From Paraphysomonas bandaiensis (lineage: Eukaryota > Protista > Chrysophyceae): 64,000 bases of DNA. Made by a program: the position numbers and the translations under genes. The stretch is taken from positions 62,001 to 126,000 of the forward strand of contig CBFFRP010000442.1 in assembly GCA_965644295.1 (NCBI GenBank), written 5' to 3'. Under the pieces are notes generated by a model. It was not told the origin of the DNA, ran no database searches, and was given only the letters and a program-made list of their open reading frames with translations. This document shows, piece by piece, positions 62,189 to 64,000 of this stretch (its first letter is position 1; each line of letters opens with the position of its first letter).

Positions 62189-62950
62189 ATGGGAGGTGGA
62201 ATTGCAAGTCATATGCACGCTACTGATCTAAATGATGCTGAGCTCCTTCAGTTACTGGCTATTTGTGCTCATGATGTTTACACTTTCAGTGGAGAATATC
62301 TCGCCGACAAGTTGACTTTGGAATACAATGAAATAGAAGACGGAGCCAACGAGAATGAAATACAATTCGGAGTGTATACGATCAAATCGACGAGCACTGA
62401 TAAAGCGGGACAAAAAATAATGGCATTCCGAGGAAGGAACACACTGAAAACAACGCGACAATTGAGAGATTTCGCATCAGGAGGACAGTACATTCGATCT
62501 GTTCTAGAAATTGCGTGTAGCATGACACAAAAACATGGTGTTCAATGGGTATGTGGACATAGTTTAGGCGGAGCCTTTGCTGAATGTGTATGCTCAAAGC
62601 ATGGAATCGGTGGTGCCGCTTTCAACACATGGGGGCCATATTCATCCTCTCAACCATACAGCTTATTGCTCGGCAATGCATTTACAGGAGTACCTTTCGA
62701 AGTTCACCTCACCTCGGCAGACCCAATGATGCAGTACTGGAACGACCGCCACATCTCAGCACCGAAATGGCACCACCATATGGGAGAAGGCATTAGCGAG
62801 GATTCTGCCGCCAAGATGAGTAGAATACGCAGCCAAATCAATCAGGAATCTCCACCAGAAGATTTAGACAACGCTTTGAACAGTGAGGATGGTAAAGAGT
62901 TGTATAAAATTCACTCCATGGATGAAATGGTGAAACAATTCGTTCAGTAA
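62189..62950 (+). CDS. Lipase class 3-like alpha/beta hydrolase
   Basis: AFRG, GHSLGG, AAFN, DP, C-terminal HSM; MG start compatible with myristoylation. Confidence 0.75.
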   Translation: MGGGIASHMHATDLNDAELLQLLAICAHDVYTFSGEYLADKLTLEYNEIEDGANENEIQFGVYTIKSTSTDKAGQKIMAFRGRNTLKTTRQLRDFASGGQYIRSVLEIACSMTQKHGVQWVCGHSLGGAFAECVCSKHGIGGAAFNTWGPYSSSQPYSLLLGNAFTGVPFEVHLTSADPMMQYWNDRHISAPKWHHHMGEGISEDSAAKMSRIRSQINQESPPEDLDNALNSEDGKELYKIHSMDEMVKQFVQ

Positions 62951-63304
62951 TTCTCCGTCGCAGCCAGTCTAGTGTTTTACTTCATAGCAGTTCCATTAGG
63001 TGCACATGATGTATACCATGGTTCCCATTGTTACCTTGTTACATGAAATGTATAATGTACTACAATTATTATTGGCTCTAGAAGTTGCCTTGGCAAGCTT
63101 GTAATGATCTGTAGTGGTGTTGGAACACTGTATCACTACATAATTTCACCAAGCTTCGCAGGTTGTAGTCAACTATAATTGCAATTATTACTTGATGTCC
63201 CTATAAATTGAATTTCGATTACTTGTAATAAATTGATACTAGCTGCAAACACAGCTTGCTCAGCTGTAATTTCATTCCAGAGGCGACAATTCATGCTTAA
63301 AAAC

Positions 63305-63760
63305 ATAGTGAATGTCTTATTAGTAGCGATAGGTGTTTAAAGGTCTTATTATTATTAGCAATAGTCTTTAAGAATCAGCACCAGTTTAGTAGCTAGAAGA
63401 AAACTAGTCAAGCTAGATAGACGTCTACCTGTAACTAACTAGTACAAACTCTATATATCCTACTATTTAACGCTGTGGAGGCTGCTTGTGTGTCACCGCA
63501 AGCACCAAGGTACAACCACTTTCACTCAAAGCAAATGTAGTGAGCAAAAAACGTTTATATACCTATATACTATATACCTGACATCTACTGACTTCAGGAG
63601 TTTTGATGAATGAAGGTGACCAGCCCAGATGCCTGACTTCAGCATGCAGCCCAGTACCCCGGATGCCTTTGAGATGAGCCCATTCCCGAATGAAATATAT
63701 CCGGTACTTATCACCCATAACACCACTAAAAGGTGCGAGTCCGACTTTGTTGAGGGGACT
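63305..63760 (-). mobile_element. SINE-like family copy with LINE-type tail and conserved core
   Basis: GTGAATGTCTTATT terminus (locally duplicated), TCCTACTATTTAACGCT, hairpins, core 63570-63690. Confidence 0.7.
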
Positions 63761-64000
63761 TACACCTTAGACAACGTATACGGTGCAGATAGTGTTACTA
63801 TCTTAAATGTCCTTAATAGTAATAATGTAATACTACCCAAGAGTATGGAGGGAGTAATGCATGCAGTATGCAGTCATTCAATCTGTACTTCGTACCAGTG
63901 ACTGAAATTAGTTCCTTGTATTGAAAGCCATCCTTCCAATACTCAAGATATTCGTTTTCCATCTTGCACTTTAACTTTCCCTAGCAATATATTTTACAAG

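Noticed and set aside
10711-63726. Conserved peptide GVLGCLLKSSI..KDSKILKSADVRY in three short ORFs
   Set aside because: No common start or stop, and many changes are non-synonymous; nucleotide or RNA-structure conservation is a simpler explanation, though coding is not fully excluded

Overview
Gene-dense eukaryotic DNA with short spliceosomal introns, probably from a protist (stramenopile-like, inferred only). About 19 protein-coding genes are present: HVA22/REEP, VPS9 GEF, alpha/beta hydrolase, a beta-helix/Cys-rich multi-TM protein, GH25-type lysozyme, a UBL protein, fatty-acid hydroxylase, a ~13-repeat Myb protein, SVOP-like MFS, GT4, an MPLKIP-motif protein, GPDH, insulysin, C2H2 ZnF, a COX14-like microprotein, EthA-like BVMO and a lipase-like protein, plus hypotheticals. 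Most genes sit in head-to-head pairs. The shared upstream gaps hold (TATG)n microsatellites or TGCTGTAY-rich tracts, while transposons collect in the tail-to-tail gaps. Mobile elements include a young full-length Ty1/copia with apparently identical 293-bp TG...TA LTRs, an older LTR remnant sharing its target pentamer, and several hAT-type MITEs. A non-LTR (RNase H + CCHC) retroelement family has a structured 3' end that occurs about nine times; one copy is flanked by a ~600-bp duplication, and a SINE-like partner family carries a conserved folded ~125-nt core. All calls come from reading the sequence and translations by eye; no database searches were run.
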